Source: Mantamonas sphyraenae STR306 (lineage: Eukaryota; Protista; CRuMs). From it: DNA of 64,000 nucleotides. Shown here piece after piece: positions 1 through 12,822 of this stretch. The translations under genes were made by a program, and so were the position numbers. The notes beneath the pieces were generated by a model. That model made no database searches, had not been told where the DNA came from, and saw only the letters and a list, made by a program, of their open reading frames with translations. The first letter of the stretch is position 1. Every line of letters begins with the position of its first letter. The stretch spans positions 62,001-126,000 of the forward strand of contig JAPMXV010000023.1 of the NCBI GenBank assembly GCA_026936335.1, in the 5' to 3' direction.

Positions 1-1983
1 CCACTGTAGGCTCCACAGGCTCCCTCTCAGCCTCATCCGTCGACTCTCTGCATCTCGATGGCTCCGAGCATGCCTCCCAGCTTCGTGACGAGCAGCTCAA
101 GCCTACTGTGGGAATGGCGCTCGCCAGGGAGATTGAAGCGCAACCCGAACTTCGTCCACGCCTCCCAAACTCTGTCCGTGCCGCGTCCACGGGCAAGTAT
201 GCCTTTCCCTACCCCGCGCAACCTCTCCGCAAGTTTACTCTCTATGAAACAGCGACGGTATGTGCGGTGCGCGTGTGCGTGTGTGTCTGTGTGATGGATT
301 TTGCCGTTTGCCCTCTCGTTGTCATTCCCCGGCCGCGGTTCATCTCCTTCTAACCCCCCAATCTATCCATGCACCCACCTGCTCTGCTAACATGTGCACA
401 TACACTCTCCAACGCCACCCCGTTGCACAGAAATTCTATCTGGTGGCCTCCAATCGCGCTCGCACGCGCTTCCGGCTGCTGAAAATCGATCGCACCAACC
501 CAGACGAGCTGGACATTGAAGAGGACCACACTGTGTACGACAAGGAGGGCATTGAGGACGTGTTGACCATGATTGACGGTGCAAACAGCAGACAGGGTGG
601 TCTGGGCAAGGGAATGCCCGTAGCAGGGTTGCTTGGGTTCATCCGCTTCACCGAGGGCTACTACCTGGTCCTCCTCACCTCCAAAACCAAAGTGGCCCAA
701 TTGGGTGGACATGACATCTACGCAGTGTCCGACACCAGTCTCGTGTCGCTGAAGCCCAAGACACGATCGCTGTCGCTGAAACTCACCGACGAGTCTCGCT
801 ACAAGAACATCTTTGAATTGCTGGACCTCACCAAGGACTTTTTCTTCTCCTACACATACGACATGACACATACATTGCAGTTCAACATGAACGGACCCTC
901 GCGTGCACGACAGCAGCAAATGCAGGCCGCTGTGGATGCCCTGCAGCCTGAAGCCGCCGTCGACGACGTCATCCCGACCTCGCATGCCATGGATATCCAA
1001 CAGCCCCAGAGTGCAGACGCAGATGGCAGCAAAGAGGAGGGGGAGGAAGAAGAACAGGAGAAGAAGGAGAAGGAGGAAGAAGAACAGGAGAAGAAGGAGA
1101 AGGAGAAAGAACCGGAGAAGAAGGAGAAGGAACCGGAGCACCACACCACCACCACCACCACCACCACCACAACCACCACGGCATCCACAGGCCAGGGCAT
1201 GCCGAGTGTGAGCACAATCCAGGACCGTCTATCGGCAGCCAATCTTCCGTACAAGAGCATGTATGTGTGGAATGGGTTCCTGATGGATGACATGCTGCAG
1301 GCGTTTCCGGAGCTGGGCGACTGGTGTTTGCCCATCATTCAGGGCTTTGTGCGCCAGAAGCGTGTGTTTACGTTTGGACGACCGCTGCACATCACGCTAA
1401 TGGCACGGCGTTCGATCTACTATGCAGGCACACGGTATCGCAAGCGTGGGATCAACCACCAGGGCCAGGTGGCGAACGATGTGGAGATCGAACAGATCCT
1501 GCACGAAGGAGGTCGGGAGCCCGAGGAACGGTACGCCTCAATTGTACAGGTGCGAGGCAGCATCCCTCTGTTTTGGTCGCAGGACAACAGTATTGTCGTG
1601 CCCAAACCGGCCATCTTTGTGGAGAAGCACATCGATCCGTTCTTTGACACCACGAGGCTGCACTTCCAGGACCTGTTTGCACGGTATGGAGCACCCATCA
1701 TGGTGTTCAATCTGGTCAAGACGCAGGAAAAGAAACCTCGCGAGGCACTGCTCAACGAGGAGTACCAACACGCCATCGGCTTTCTCAACCGCCAGCTTCC
1801 GCGGGACTTTCAGATCGCCATGGTCAGTTGGGATCTGCATCGTGTGGCCAAAACCAACAAGGAGCAGGTGTTGCCCCAGTGTTGCGAGTTGGCAGAGGGC
1901 ATGATCCGACGCACGGGCTTCTTTTACTCGGGCCCACGCAAGTTTATCAACGTGGTGCGTGACAGCCAAGTGGACACCTCCTC

Positions 1984-2018
<35 letters not shown>

Positions 2019-3853
2019 ATGGTGGTGGTGGTGATGGTGGTGGCTCACCGGGCTCATTGGCCAGTCAGATGGAGGCCAGTGCATTGTCGGTGGCACACAA
2101 CAGGGACAATCTGGGCAGCGAACAGAACGGAGTGATTCGCACGAATTGCATCGACAGTCTGGATCGCACGAATGTGGCCCAATTCTGCATCGGCAAGGTG
2201 GCCCTTGGGTTTCAATTGTACGAAATGGGCTGGCTGGACCATCCCAAGGCAGCGTTGGACGAACGCATGTCCAACATCCTCATGGACATGTACGAGGAGA
2301 TGGGCCACCAGCTGTCCCAGCAGTACGCAGGCAGCGAGGCGTTGAACCAGATGGGCAAGTACCAAAAGGGAGGGTGGCAGGTGCAGTCCAAGGACGTCTT
2401 CACCAACATCCGTCGCTACTACAACAACAACTTCACCGACGCGGAGAAGCAGGACGCCATCAACCTCTTCCTGGGCAACTTTGTACCGGGCAAGACGGCG
2501 CCGCGATTGGCACAGAACAACACGGGCAGCAAGGACGCAAGCGACGAAACCTCGTTTGACCTGTGGGAACTCGAGTCGGACTATTACCTGCACAACAGCG
2601 ACAACAGTTTCCTGCCACAGCTACTGCGCGAGGGTTCACGATGGTGGGAGGACAGTGGCAAGCGCTTTGTGCAGCTGACACGCAGTGTGGGTGGCGATGG
2701 CGAACATGAACGGGAAGAGGAGAGCAACGAGAGCAACGAGGGCAACGAGGGCAATGAGGGCAATGAGGGCAAGGAAGAGGTGGAGCACGATGGCACTGGG
2801 GAAGGGTCGTCGTCGTCGTCGTCTTCGTCGTCTGCCAACCAAATGCTAGAGGCGATGCAACACGCAGAGGAGGAGGCGTGGAAGAAGCCCAGCTACTTTG
2901 AAGAGACGCACAAGGTGGAGAAGCTCAAGTCATTTGACAAGCACTTTGCGTATGCACAGAACGAACACATTCCGTCCAACGAAACCGACGAGTTTGTGCT
3001 GCACACACGTGGCATGGATCCGGGCATGCAGAGCATGTCGCGTGTGCGTTGGTACCGCGGTGCCACCACACAGGACGGCTATGCCGATCTGGGCATCGAC
3101 CTCACCGGTGCCTCCTCCTCCGCCTCCTCCATGCTCTCATCCAGCAGTGGCGGGATCACCACCTCCCCCACACGCAGCAGCAGCAGCAGCAGCAGCAGTG
3201 CATCCACACAGGTGCATCCGTTGCAGGGCAAGAGTGGCGGCAAGGCCAAGGCCAAGGGATCAGATGGTGCGAGTGCGGTGGAGCGTGTCAAGCAATCCGA
3301 TGACGGCGGACAGGGCAAGGGCCACCGCCAGAGCTTCCAAATGGGGTTGCCAGACTTTCGCACTCTGCTCACGGGTGGCAACAACGAGGATTCGGTGCGT
3401 CAGGGCACCTCGGCAGCAAAGAAGGCCCTGGGCAAACGGGTGGTGCCTGAGCGAACCGAGGCCGAGAAGCAATTCCAGCGGTACGTGGACACCCATGGCA
3501 CATTTGCGGCACACAACCAGTCGGCACACCAGCGCTATGGCATCCAACTGCAGAGTTCGACGCAGGACCACGATGCGTTTGATGCGTACCGCAACTGGCG
3601 TGATCGGTTTGGGGTGCAGTGGAAGCAAGCGCTGGACGAAACGGGCCACGAGACACAGCGACAGGAGTTTGGCCAATTGATGGAGGCATTGCCACAGTAT
3701 GCAGATGCAACCACCGACGCTCCATCGTGTTCCATCTACCGAGCCTTTGCCGACAAGAACCAGGTGCTGACCAGCTTCAGCGAACAGCTTGCCACACCCT
3801 ATTACGACGCCGAGTTTCTGCAGGATTGGGTGGAGGGCAAAACGACCATGTGA
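1..3853 (+). CDS. FIG4: FIG4/SAC3-type phosphoinositide 5-phosphatase (Sac domain), 5'-partial; exons <1-257, 431-3853
   Basis: Frame is open from the window start. GTATGT...CACAG intron 258-430 joins KFTLYETAT to KFYLVASN..LLKIDRT, as in the FIG4 N-terminus. Sac motifs AGTRYRKRG, VANDVEIEQ, RGSIPLFWSQ; catalytic CX5RT in RTNCIDSLDRTN; RRYYNNNFTDAEKQDAINLFLG. Confidence 0.93.
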
Positions 3854-3908
3854 AAAACGTTGAACAAACCAACACTGCATTCCATTGCATGCGTCCAGAA
3901 CCAGGAAA

Positions 3909-6038
3909 TCACACACCCAGGGGATGGGGAGGGATGTGCTTGCCGTTGCTAAAGATGTCCTTGGCAATGGAGCTGAGGTTCTTGTCGCCGTTCTTCTTCT
4001 CGCCCTTGGCCAGCAGACCCAGGTTGGCCTTGACACGTCGTCCCGCCTGGTCGGCAAAGGCGTTCACCAGCTTCACCTCGTGTTCGGCGCTTGCCAGACC
4101 CTCGTTGATGGAGGTGGTGCATCGAGACAGCGTGCTGCTCATGCCATACAGATCGATGGCCACGTCAGCCACACGCTTCAGCTGCAACTGGTGCGACGGC
4201 TCGAGGATGTTCTTGCCGTGGGTGTAGAGCAGACGGTCGACCTCAAAGGCAAAGGCACCGACGGAACGCTCAAAGGTCTTCTTGGCGGAAGAGAGGGAGC
4301 TGTGGATGTTGCTCAGGGGCTCTGGCTGCCAGGTCCTGCGCTTGATACGTGTGAGCACCTCATTGCCCAGCTCCTTGGCACTGCCGGGCAGCTTCTTGGC
4401 CAGCTTGGCCACACCCTGCAGCCTCTCACCGGGCACCTTGGCACCCGAGAGGGCAATGTACAGGCGCAGGATCTCGTTGGTGCCCTCAAAGATGGACAGG
4501 ATGCGCGAGTCACGCAGCATGCGCTCGTACGGGGCCGATGTCATGAAGCCCATGCCTCCGTGCACCTGCAGCGACTCGTTGATGGCGTTGAAGAGAGCCT
4601 CGCTGCCAAACACCTTGCAGCATGCGGCCTCCACGGAGCAATCCTCCACACCGTTGTCAATCATGCCTGTGGTGCAATAGGTCATGCTCTCGATGGCATA
4701 GGCGTTGACTGCCATCTGGGCAAACTTCTCCTCAATCAACCCAAAGTCCTTGATGGGCAGACCAAACTGCTTGCGGTTGATCGCATGCTCACTGGCCATG
4801 CCAATCAGACGACGGATGTTGGCCGATGCGCCTGCGCCGATGCCAAAGCGACCGTTGTTCAGGATGCGCATGGCAATCTTGAACCCTCCGCCCACCTCAC
4901 CCAACACATTCTCCACAGGCACCTTGCAATCGTCAAAGTACACTTCTGCCGTGTTGGATGCCTTGATGCCCAGCTTGCTCTCGGGTGCTCCGTTGGTCAA
5001 TCCACCAAAGCTGCGTTCCACAATGAACGCCGTCACCTTTTGCTTGCCATCCACCTCCGTCTGAGCAAACACCGTAAACACCTCCGCCGTGCCGCCGTTG
5101 CTGATCCAAATCTTGGAGCCGTTGAGCACCCAATGTTTGCCATCTTCGCTCAGCGTGGCCTTGGTGCGGATGGAGTTGGCATCCGACCCCGACGACGGTT
5201 CCGTCAGGGCAAACGCCGCCACGTGTTCACCCGACGCCAACTTGGGCAGATACTTCTTCTTCTGTTCCGGCGTACCATCCAGAAGGATGCCCTTGAGTCC
5301 AATCGACTGGTGGGCCATCAGCGTCACGGCAATGCCTCCGTCAAACACCACCTCTTCTGCAATGCGTGCATACGCGCTGTTCGACAGACCCAGACCCTCG
5401 TACTCGGTGGGGATCTAAGGGTGTGTGTGTGTCCATGTGGTGTGGTGTGGTGTGTCAGTGGCCCCGGGATCCCCAGTGCACGCCAGCCTCCGAAATCGTG
5501 GGTCCAGCAACCGCCGACGGCCTGCGAAGAAAGGGACAAAAGGCGCCTACCTGCAGACCAAACAGTCCCATGTCCTTGAGACCCTGCATAACATCGTCGG
5601 GAATGGCAGCAGCCTTGTCCAGGGCAGCCGAGTCGACCTGTGGCGTGTGGGAGGTGGGGTTTTTTCGCGGGTCAGCACCTTTTTCGGGAGGGCGATTGTT
5701 TCCCGAAGGCGAAACGGGCATTGGAAAGAGGGTTGGCCAAGAAACGGGTGGCATGCAACACGCACCTGCTCATCAAAGAACTTCTTGACCGGGTCGGCAA
5801 GCATCTTGAGGGTTTCGGTCTCGTCCTGGGTGAGGGCCCGCGGGAAGGGGACGATCTGGCGAGAGGGGACTTCGCCGCAAAAAAGCGAGCGGACGAAGCT
5901 GATGCCTTCGGTGGAGTTCTGCTGGTTGAGAGGGACGGCAGTGTGCAGAGAGGCAGTGGTTGCAGCCACAGTGGCATTCTGCATGGTGCCAACACGGCTG
6001 AGCACCTGCTTGGTGGAATGGGAAGCACGAGCAAACAT
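3909..6038 (-). CDS. ACADVL: Mitochondrial very-long-chain/ACAD9-type acyl-CoA dehydrogenase; exons 6038-5766, 5637-5551, 5414-3909
   Basis: Basic presequence MFARASH. Motifs AHQSIG, FALTEPSSGSDA, LNGSKIWISNG, RILSIFEGTNEILR (catalytic Glu), plus the VLCAD/ACAD9 C-terminal extension. Two GT-AG introns keep frame. ACADVL versus ACAD9 is not resolved. Confidence 0.88.
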
Positions 6039-6214
6039 GTGTGTGGTGGGAGCGGGGTGCTGTTTGCAGTGGCTCCTTCCTCGCTCGGTGTTGCATCCAT
6101 CACCCATCCCATCCCATCCCCACTTTGTGTGTTGTTTGTATGCAAGTGTGTGAACATATCGAATGTGTATGTGACCGCTGCCCCACCCCATCCACCGCAA
6201 ATCTTGACGACGAG

Positions 6215-9200
6215 ATGTTCGCACGAAGCGTCAAAACTCGCACTCACCGCCGTGCTGTGCAGGGTGTGCTCAATACCATGAGCAGCAGCAGCAGTAGCAG
6301 CAGCAGCACCACTACTGCCTCCTCCAGTGGCAGTAGCTCTGGTTTGTCGCTGTTGTTGCGCAGTACACCTGCACGTCCCCTGTCCAACACAGCCCTCAAG
6401 TTGGGCGACCAGCAGCCGCCGGCGTTCAGCTTTGCCGATCCCGCCGACGCCTTTCTCAACGCCACCAACACGTACGTTTGCGCCTGTTGTCATGCTTGCA
6501 ACCCAGCCTGTCTGTGACCCTACCTGTCCAGGCCCGTCCTGCCTGTGTCCTTCGCCTGCACACCCTCCTCTCGTAGCCCCAGCACCGGCGCCAAGAGAGG
6601 GCTTTTTCGAGGACCTTTCCGGCACAGCTTCTGTCCCACGCAAGCCCCGTTCAAAACTGACACACATCCATCCATTCCCATGCACTGGCAATGGCACCAA
6701 ACATCACACCCTGCATTGGTACAGCACGGCCCTGGAGAGCATGTATGCGCAGTGGAAGAATGCGCCCGACTCTGTGGAGTCGTCCTGGGCCTCCTTCTTC
6801 ACTGCCCTCGAGAACGAGACAGGACAACGGCCCTACAGCTACAAGGAGCCCATGCGTGCGTCCAAGGGCACCGGATCCGCCTCATCTGCTACAGACATCC
6901 AGTCTGCCGTGCGTGATACGGCGCGAGGTGCGTTGTGTGTGGCCCTGTGAGGCACCGTTGCTCGGAGACTTCCCTTTGATTTCCAGCCGCCCGCCGAAAA
7001 GGGTCCGCCCTTTGGTGGCGTCTTTTGGCGCCCGTTTGCGGCGGACACAGACACGGCACACACATGCCATGTGTACCATCCACGGCCACATGGACACTGA
7101 CACCGCATCGACACATCCACAGTGTTCCTGCTTGCGCGTGCGTATCGTGTGCGAGGCCACTTTACGGCGAACCTGGACCCGCTGGGGATTGCGCAGCGGC
7201 ACCACGTGCATGCACCCGTGCATTACTCACAGTACGGTCTGACAGACGCAGACCTGGACCGTGAGTTCTATGTGGGCGACCGTTTCTTCCTGGACAGTGT
7301 GGAGGAGACGTACCAGTGGAGGACACTGAGGGAGATCATTGCCACGCTGGAGCGCAGCTACTGTGGCACGGTGGGCTCCGAGTTCTTCCACATCCAATCC
7401 ACCACGGAGAAGGATTGGCTGTGTGCGCACTTTGAGACGGTGCAGACCACAGAGTACAGCAATGAGGACAAGAGGCAGCTGTTGAAGGGACTCATCCGCG
7501 CCGAGGGCTTTGAGGCGTTTCTGAAGAAGAAGTACGCCACTGCCAAGCGGTTTGGCCTGGAGGGAGGCGAGAGTCTCATCCCAGGCATGGAGTTCCTGAT
7601 GGAGCGTGCATCGAACCTGGGTGTGGAGACGTCGGTGATGGGCATGCCCCATCGTGGGCGTCTCAACGTGCTGTTCAACATTGTGCAGAAGCCTGCACGT
7701 GCGATCCTGCACGAGTTTTCGCCTGCGGACGAGTACGAGGACGACGGGATGGCCATGGGGTCGGGCGATGTGAAGTACCACCTGGGCACGTCGTGTGATC
7801 GCACCTGTGGCAATGGCAAGGTGATGCACGTGTCGCTGGCAGCAAACCCATCGCATCTGGAAGCAGTGAACCCTGTGGTGGAGGGCAAGACACGCGCCAA
7901 GCAGTTCTTCAACAACGACCCCAAACGCAAGCGTCACATGGCCGTGTTGCTGCACGGCGATGCTGCCTTTGCAGGACAGGGCATTGTGGCAGAGACGCTG
8001 GACTTTGCGTCGTTGGTGCATTACCAGACGGGAGGCACCATCCACATCATTGTCAACAACCAGATTGGGTTCACCACCGATCCCAAGTACGCTCGCTCGT
8101 CGCCGTACCCGTCGGATCTGGCCAAGACCATTGGGGCACCCATCTTCCACGTGAACGGAGACGACGTGGAGGCGGTGGCACGTGTGATGGAACTGTCGGC
8201 CATGTACCGTCAGGAGTTTGGCAAGTCGGCGGTGGTGGATCTGTGGTGTTACCGTCGCCACGGCCACAACGAAACGGACCAGCCTGCGTTTACACAGCCG
8301 TACATGTACAGCAAGATCGACAAGCAGCCGACGACGCTGGAGCTGTACGAGAAGCAGATGCTGGACGAAGGGGTGGTCACAGAGGAGCAGCTGGAGGCCA
8401 TGAAGGAGGAGTTCAACTCGTTCATGGAGAGCGAGTACCAGGAGGCCAAGACGTACGAGCCCAAGGGCAGCGATTGGCTGGAGAAGAACTGGCAGGGATT
8501 CAAGAGCCGCACCGACCTGGGGGCCAAGGAGGGACAGACCAAGACAGGCGTGGCAAGCGATTTGTTTGATCACGTGGCATCGCGTGTGAGCACCCTGCCG
8601 GACAAGAACTTCAACCCGCACCGTGGTCTCAAGCGTGTGTTCAAGGCACGCGAGGAGATGGCATCGTCTGGGGAGGGGATCGATTGGGGCATGGGTGAGG
8701 CGTTGGCCTTTGGCACCCTGCTGGCGGAAAAGACACCGGTGCGTCTGAGTGGACAGGATGTGGAACGAGGCACGTTTAGCCACAGGCATGCGGTGGTGCA
8801 CGATTCGACCTCGGGCAAGGATGTGACGTATGACGCATACATGCCCCTGCAGAACATCAGTGAGAACCAGGCACGCTTCCGTGTGACCAACAGCAACCTG
8901 AGCGAGGCGGCGGTGCTTGGGTTTGAGTTGGGTCATGCGTTGGAGAGCCCCGAACAGCTGGTGTTGTGGGAGGCACAGTTTGGCGACTTTGCCAACAGTG
9001 CACAGGTGATCATCGACCAGTTTGTGGTGTCGGGTGAGCAGAAGTGGCTGCGTCAGTGTGGTCTGGTCATGCTGTTGCCCCACGGCTACGACGGACAGGG
9101 CCCCGAACACAGCAGTGCCCGTTTGGAACGCTTCCTGCAGGCCAGCGACGAGGACGAGGACGTGGTGCCCAAGCACGACGTGTACAGTCGCAACCAGCTG

Positions 9201-9782
9201 TCCAACATCCAGGTGGTCAACTGCAGCACGCCGGCAAACTACTTCCATGTGCTGCGTCGCCAGGTGCACCGTGAGTTCCGCAAGCCCCTGGTGGTCATGT
9301 CACCCAAGAAGCTGCTGCGCTACAAGCACTGTGTCAGCAAGCGTGAGGACTTTCTGGAGGACACCGACTTTACGTATGTGTACGGCGACCAGAATCCGCA
9401 GCGTGTGGCCGACGAGGACGTGCGTAAGGTCGTCCTGTGCACAGGTCAGGTCTACTACCAGCTCAAGGAGGCGCAGGAGGCAGGCGAGTACAACGACGTG
9501 GCGTTGGTTCGTGTCGAACAGCTGGCCCCGTTCCCCTTTGAACATGTGGCCCCCGAGTTGCAACGCTATGCAAACGCAGAGGTGGTGTGGGCCCAGGAGG
9601 AACCCAAGAACATGGGTGCATGGACACACATGCGTCCTCGCATCTCTTCCCTTCTTCAGAGCCTCGGCGACGACCGACGCGTCTCGTACGCAGGCCGTGC
9701 TGCAGCTGCTGCCCCGGCCACAGGCGCTGCCCGTGTGCACAACTACGAGGTCAAGCAGATCAACAAGACGGTGTTTGGTTGA
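6215..9782 (+). CDS. OGDH: 2-oxoglutarate dehydrogenase E1; exons 6215-6471, 6725-6927, 7123-9782
   Basis: FLNATN..ESMYAQW..SVESSW, AYRVRGH, KRFGLEG, GMPHRGRLN, GDVKYHLG, HGDAAFAGQG (ThDP site), RLSGQDVERGTFSHRH, GPEHSSAR, WAQEEPKNMG. GT-AG introns 6472-6724 and 6928-7122. Confidence 0.97.
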
Positions 9783-9876
9783 GGGAGAGGGAGAGAGAGG
9801 GAGAGAGGGAGAGAGAGAGGGAGGGAGAGAATGCATTGAAATCAACATCAACATCAACATCAACATCAACATCAAC
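9781..9876 (+). repeat. Purine (GA/GGA) tract followed by (ATCAAC)6 microsatellite between convergent OGDH and HPS1 stops
   Basis: Directly visible: GA-rich 9781-9830, ATCAAC x6 at 9841-9876. Confidence 0.85.
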
Positions 9877-9892
9877 ATGATCATCATGATCG

Positions 9893-12695
9893 CTATCCAA
9901 CACTGCGGGAGAACAGCTCGCTGATCAGGCGGTCGTTGTGGGTCTCCACTGCCTCGCAGGACAACAGACCCAGAAACATGGTGTAGAGTTCGTAGCAGCG
10001 GACATTGCGGATGGATGGGAAGAGGCGGGAGGCAAGCTCCTTGAAGTTGCGACTGTCGTTGACGAGACCGTCGAGACCCTGGGTTTGGTCGATTGGCAAT
10101 TCGTTGCCCTCGTTGTCCTCCATCCACAGGCGGTAGCTGTACTGATACTCTCCACTCTTCATCAGCATGGAGGTGTATCCGTTGGACAGGTGCTTCTGTG
10201 CCTGGTAGACCATGTCCCACACCCGTTCCTTGATCTGTTCGGCACTCTGTTCCGGGGTGATGCCACTTGTGCCCTCGTTGCCATGCATGCCTGCAATGGT
10301 GGGTGCCACGAGCTGGTTGGACCGCCGGTCTACAAAGATAAAGTGCACCAGGCCCGGGTAGTGGTGGACAAAGGAGAGCATGGTCACGTGTGTACGCTGC
10401 TTTGTCTCCAGAAAGTCCACAAAGCCACTGATGTCTTCGCGCACGTCGCTGCGGATGCGATTCATCTGCCTGCGTCTCAACAATTCCTCCCGTTTGATCT
10501 CCTCCTTCTCATCCATGCGTGTGGGGTCGCGTGTGCGATCCAGCAACAGCAACGTCACGTCGTCGCCCAGCTCTGCCGCATACACGTTGCATGCCCGCCC
10601 CTGGATGTACATCTTGTCAAACATCGTATCTCCATCGTCCTCGGTGTCGATCTCATCCACAGACGGGGTCGGCGTCGTCGCCGTGCCGGTGTTGTGGCTC
10701 TCGGATGATGACGAGGCGGAAGAAGACGAGGAGGAGGAGGAGGAGGAGGAGGAGGAGGACGCTGCGGTGACTTCCTCCTCTGCCGCCTCTGGTGTGGAGG
10801 ACAGTGTGTCACCAGTGCTTGCGGTGGTGGAGTCTGTGGTGGAGGCACCTGCACCCTCCTCGTGCAGAGTCTGCATGGTGGGGAAGAAGCGTGTGCCGTT
10901 GGGAGAAGTGGACAACTCCATGGAACGCCTGCCTTCGCTGGTGATGCTGTCCCTGCTGCTGGTCAGTGACGAACTGCTGCGTTGCTTGCCATAGCTTGGC
11001 TTCTCCTCGTTCGCCCCGTCGCCTGTGCTGTCATCATTCGACACTGCCATCACCAGAGGCACAGCCGTGGCTTCACTGCTTGTGCGCAGTGTCGACCCCG
11101 TGCGTTGGAACAGCAGGCTGTAGTTGCTACGTGGAGGCGCTGCTGCTGTGTGCCCGTTGTCCTTTGCCGAGCATTCTGCCAGCACCTGTGCTCCCACTCC
11201 TGCTGCCAACGTACCCTCGTCCTTGTCCTCTTCCTTTTCTGTCTCACCACCACCATCATCATCATTATCATCATCCTCCGCCGAAGCGGGTGTTTTGGCT
11301 GCCAGCTTGTCCCAGAGAGCGTCGTCCATTTCGCCCGTCACGGGTGTCTCCAGAGCCAGTTGCAACAGGGCAATGGTCAACCCACTGCTGTTGCGTTGCA
11401 ATGCCTCCTGTTCCACATCATGCACCACCTGTTGCAGCACTGCCACATCTGCCTCTGTCTGTGTCGTCGTCGTGTCTTGTCTGGTGGCGTCTCCTCCCTC
11501 TTCTCCTCCACCACCAAGCTGTTCCATCACCATGGCCAACAACCACTGCAGATACTCCTTCGATACCATCACCTCATGTTGGTTCCCATACGCTCCGCTC
11601 AAATCCACAAAGTCTTCGTCGTCAAACTCGTCTGCACTCACGTACCCGTCTTCGCTGGGTGCCCCCACGCTTTCCTCCTCGTCTCGGCCCCCTGTTCCTT
11701 GTTCTCCATCCTGCTCCACGCCCTCCTCCTGCTCCTGGCTGTCCCCACCTGCGTAAGAAGGGTGGTGGGGTCCCACCTCTGCGTTCACATACTCCACCTC
11801 GCCGTCGCCAAACCCGTTTTGCTCGGCGTCCATTTCGTCAATCCCGTCAGGAACTGCAGCACAGAAGTGCACCCACCCACACACCCGTCAACAAGCGCAG
11901 CACACCTCTGTGTCAGTGCATGTCCCACACCAAAGGTCTCTCCCACCCACCCTGCATCCTCTCTGTGCCCTGACGTGTGCATGTGTGTGTGTGTGGACCA
12001 GCAAGAGAGGGGAAAACCCCGTGGATGGTCGCTCCCACGCCTGCAGCCTGTGCACACCTACCTGTGGGTCTGAAAAAGGTGAGCACACTGATGAAAGCCA
12101 TGATGTTGTCGCCAAGGACAAAGTCAAATGCCTTTGGGGCTGTGTAGTGAGCCACCATGCGTGTGCCCACGACAAGGATGGCCTGCATGGATGCCTCCTC
12201 TGCGTTGTCGCAGTGGTTGAGGACGGCTCGCTTCATGGCCGCATGAGTGCGTTGTTTGAGGTCGTCGTTGACTTCCAATTGTTCGCTTGCTTGCACGAGG
12301 AAACTCTGGTGATCGCGTGCCAGCGCACTCATGGTGGCCACGGTGATGCGCAGCTGCCGTGCTGCCCGGGTGAATCCGGCATGACGCATCTGTTTGACAA
12401 AGTACATGAGCTTCTCACCAAAGCGTAGCATGAGCAGCTGGTAGAGTTGGTGCAGTTCCCTGCGCAGGAAGGGTTCCGGTTCCCCTTCGTCGGAGCTGAC
12501 AAAGAACAACAGCGACTCAAACTGTTGGAAGACCATCAGAAGCTTGCCTGCTCGCATGCACTTGACTTGCTGGTGGAAGTTTTCCGACAACAGTGACTGC
12601 GTCACCACCACCGGTGTCGCCAGCATGCGTCCGTGTCGCTTGTCAAAGTAGATCGTGTTGCCGATCTCATCGGCCACGAGAAAGTGTTTTACCAT
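9893..12695 (-). CDS. HPS1: HPS1 (BLOC-3 longin subunit) homolog with long acidic/Ser-rich insert; exons 12695-12062, 11853-9893
   Basis: N-terminal longin-like MVKHFLVADE..FLRRELHQLYQLLMLRFG. C-terminal YPGLVHFIFVDR..VAPT, VWDMV..GYTSML..YSYRLW and VRCYEL match remembered HPS1 motifs. GTAGGT..GCAG intron 12061-11854. Confidence 0.85.
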
Positions 12696-12822
12696 GGAGG
12701 GGGGTTATGTAGAAGAATGTGTGTGTGTGTGTGTGTGTGTGGGAGGGTAAAGGGGGAGGGTGGTGGTGGTGGTGGTTGGTGGTGGTGGTGTGGGTGGGAT
12801 GGCGCAGATTGGGTTTCCCATT

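Noticed and set aside
258-430. Non-canonical or Introner-like introns
   Set aside because: All reconstructed introns are GT-AG, vary in length, and share no obvious long sequence or terminal repeats.
1044-1135. 30-bp tandem repeat in FIG4 (also QET repeats 47215-47295)
   Set aside because: In-frame low-complexity coding repeats, not mobile elements or arrays.
3885-5579. Long antisense ORFs (also 7227-9269, 27259-29322, 38127-39854, 50490-52967)
   Set aside because: Shadows of GC-rich, codon-biased genes on the opposite strand; no motifs.
9841-9876. (ATCAAC)6 as telomeric or CRISPR-like repeat
   Set aside because: Short internal microsatellite with no spacers and no G-run telomere character.
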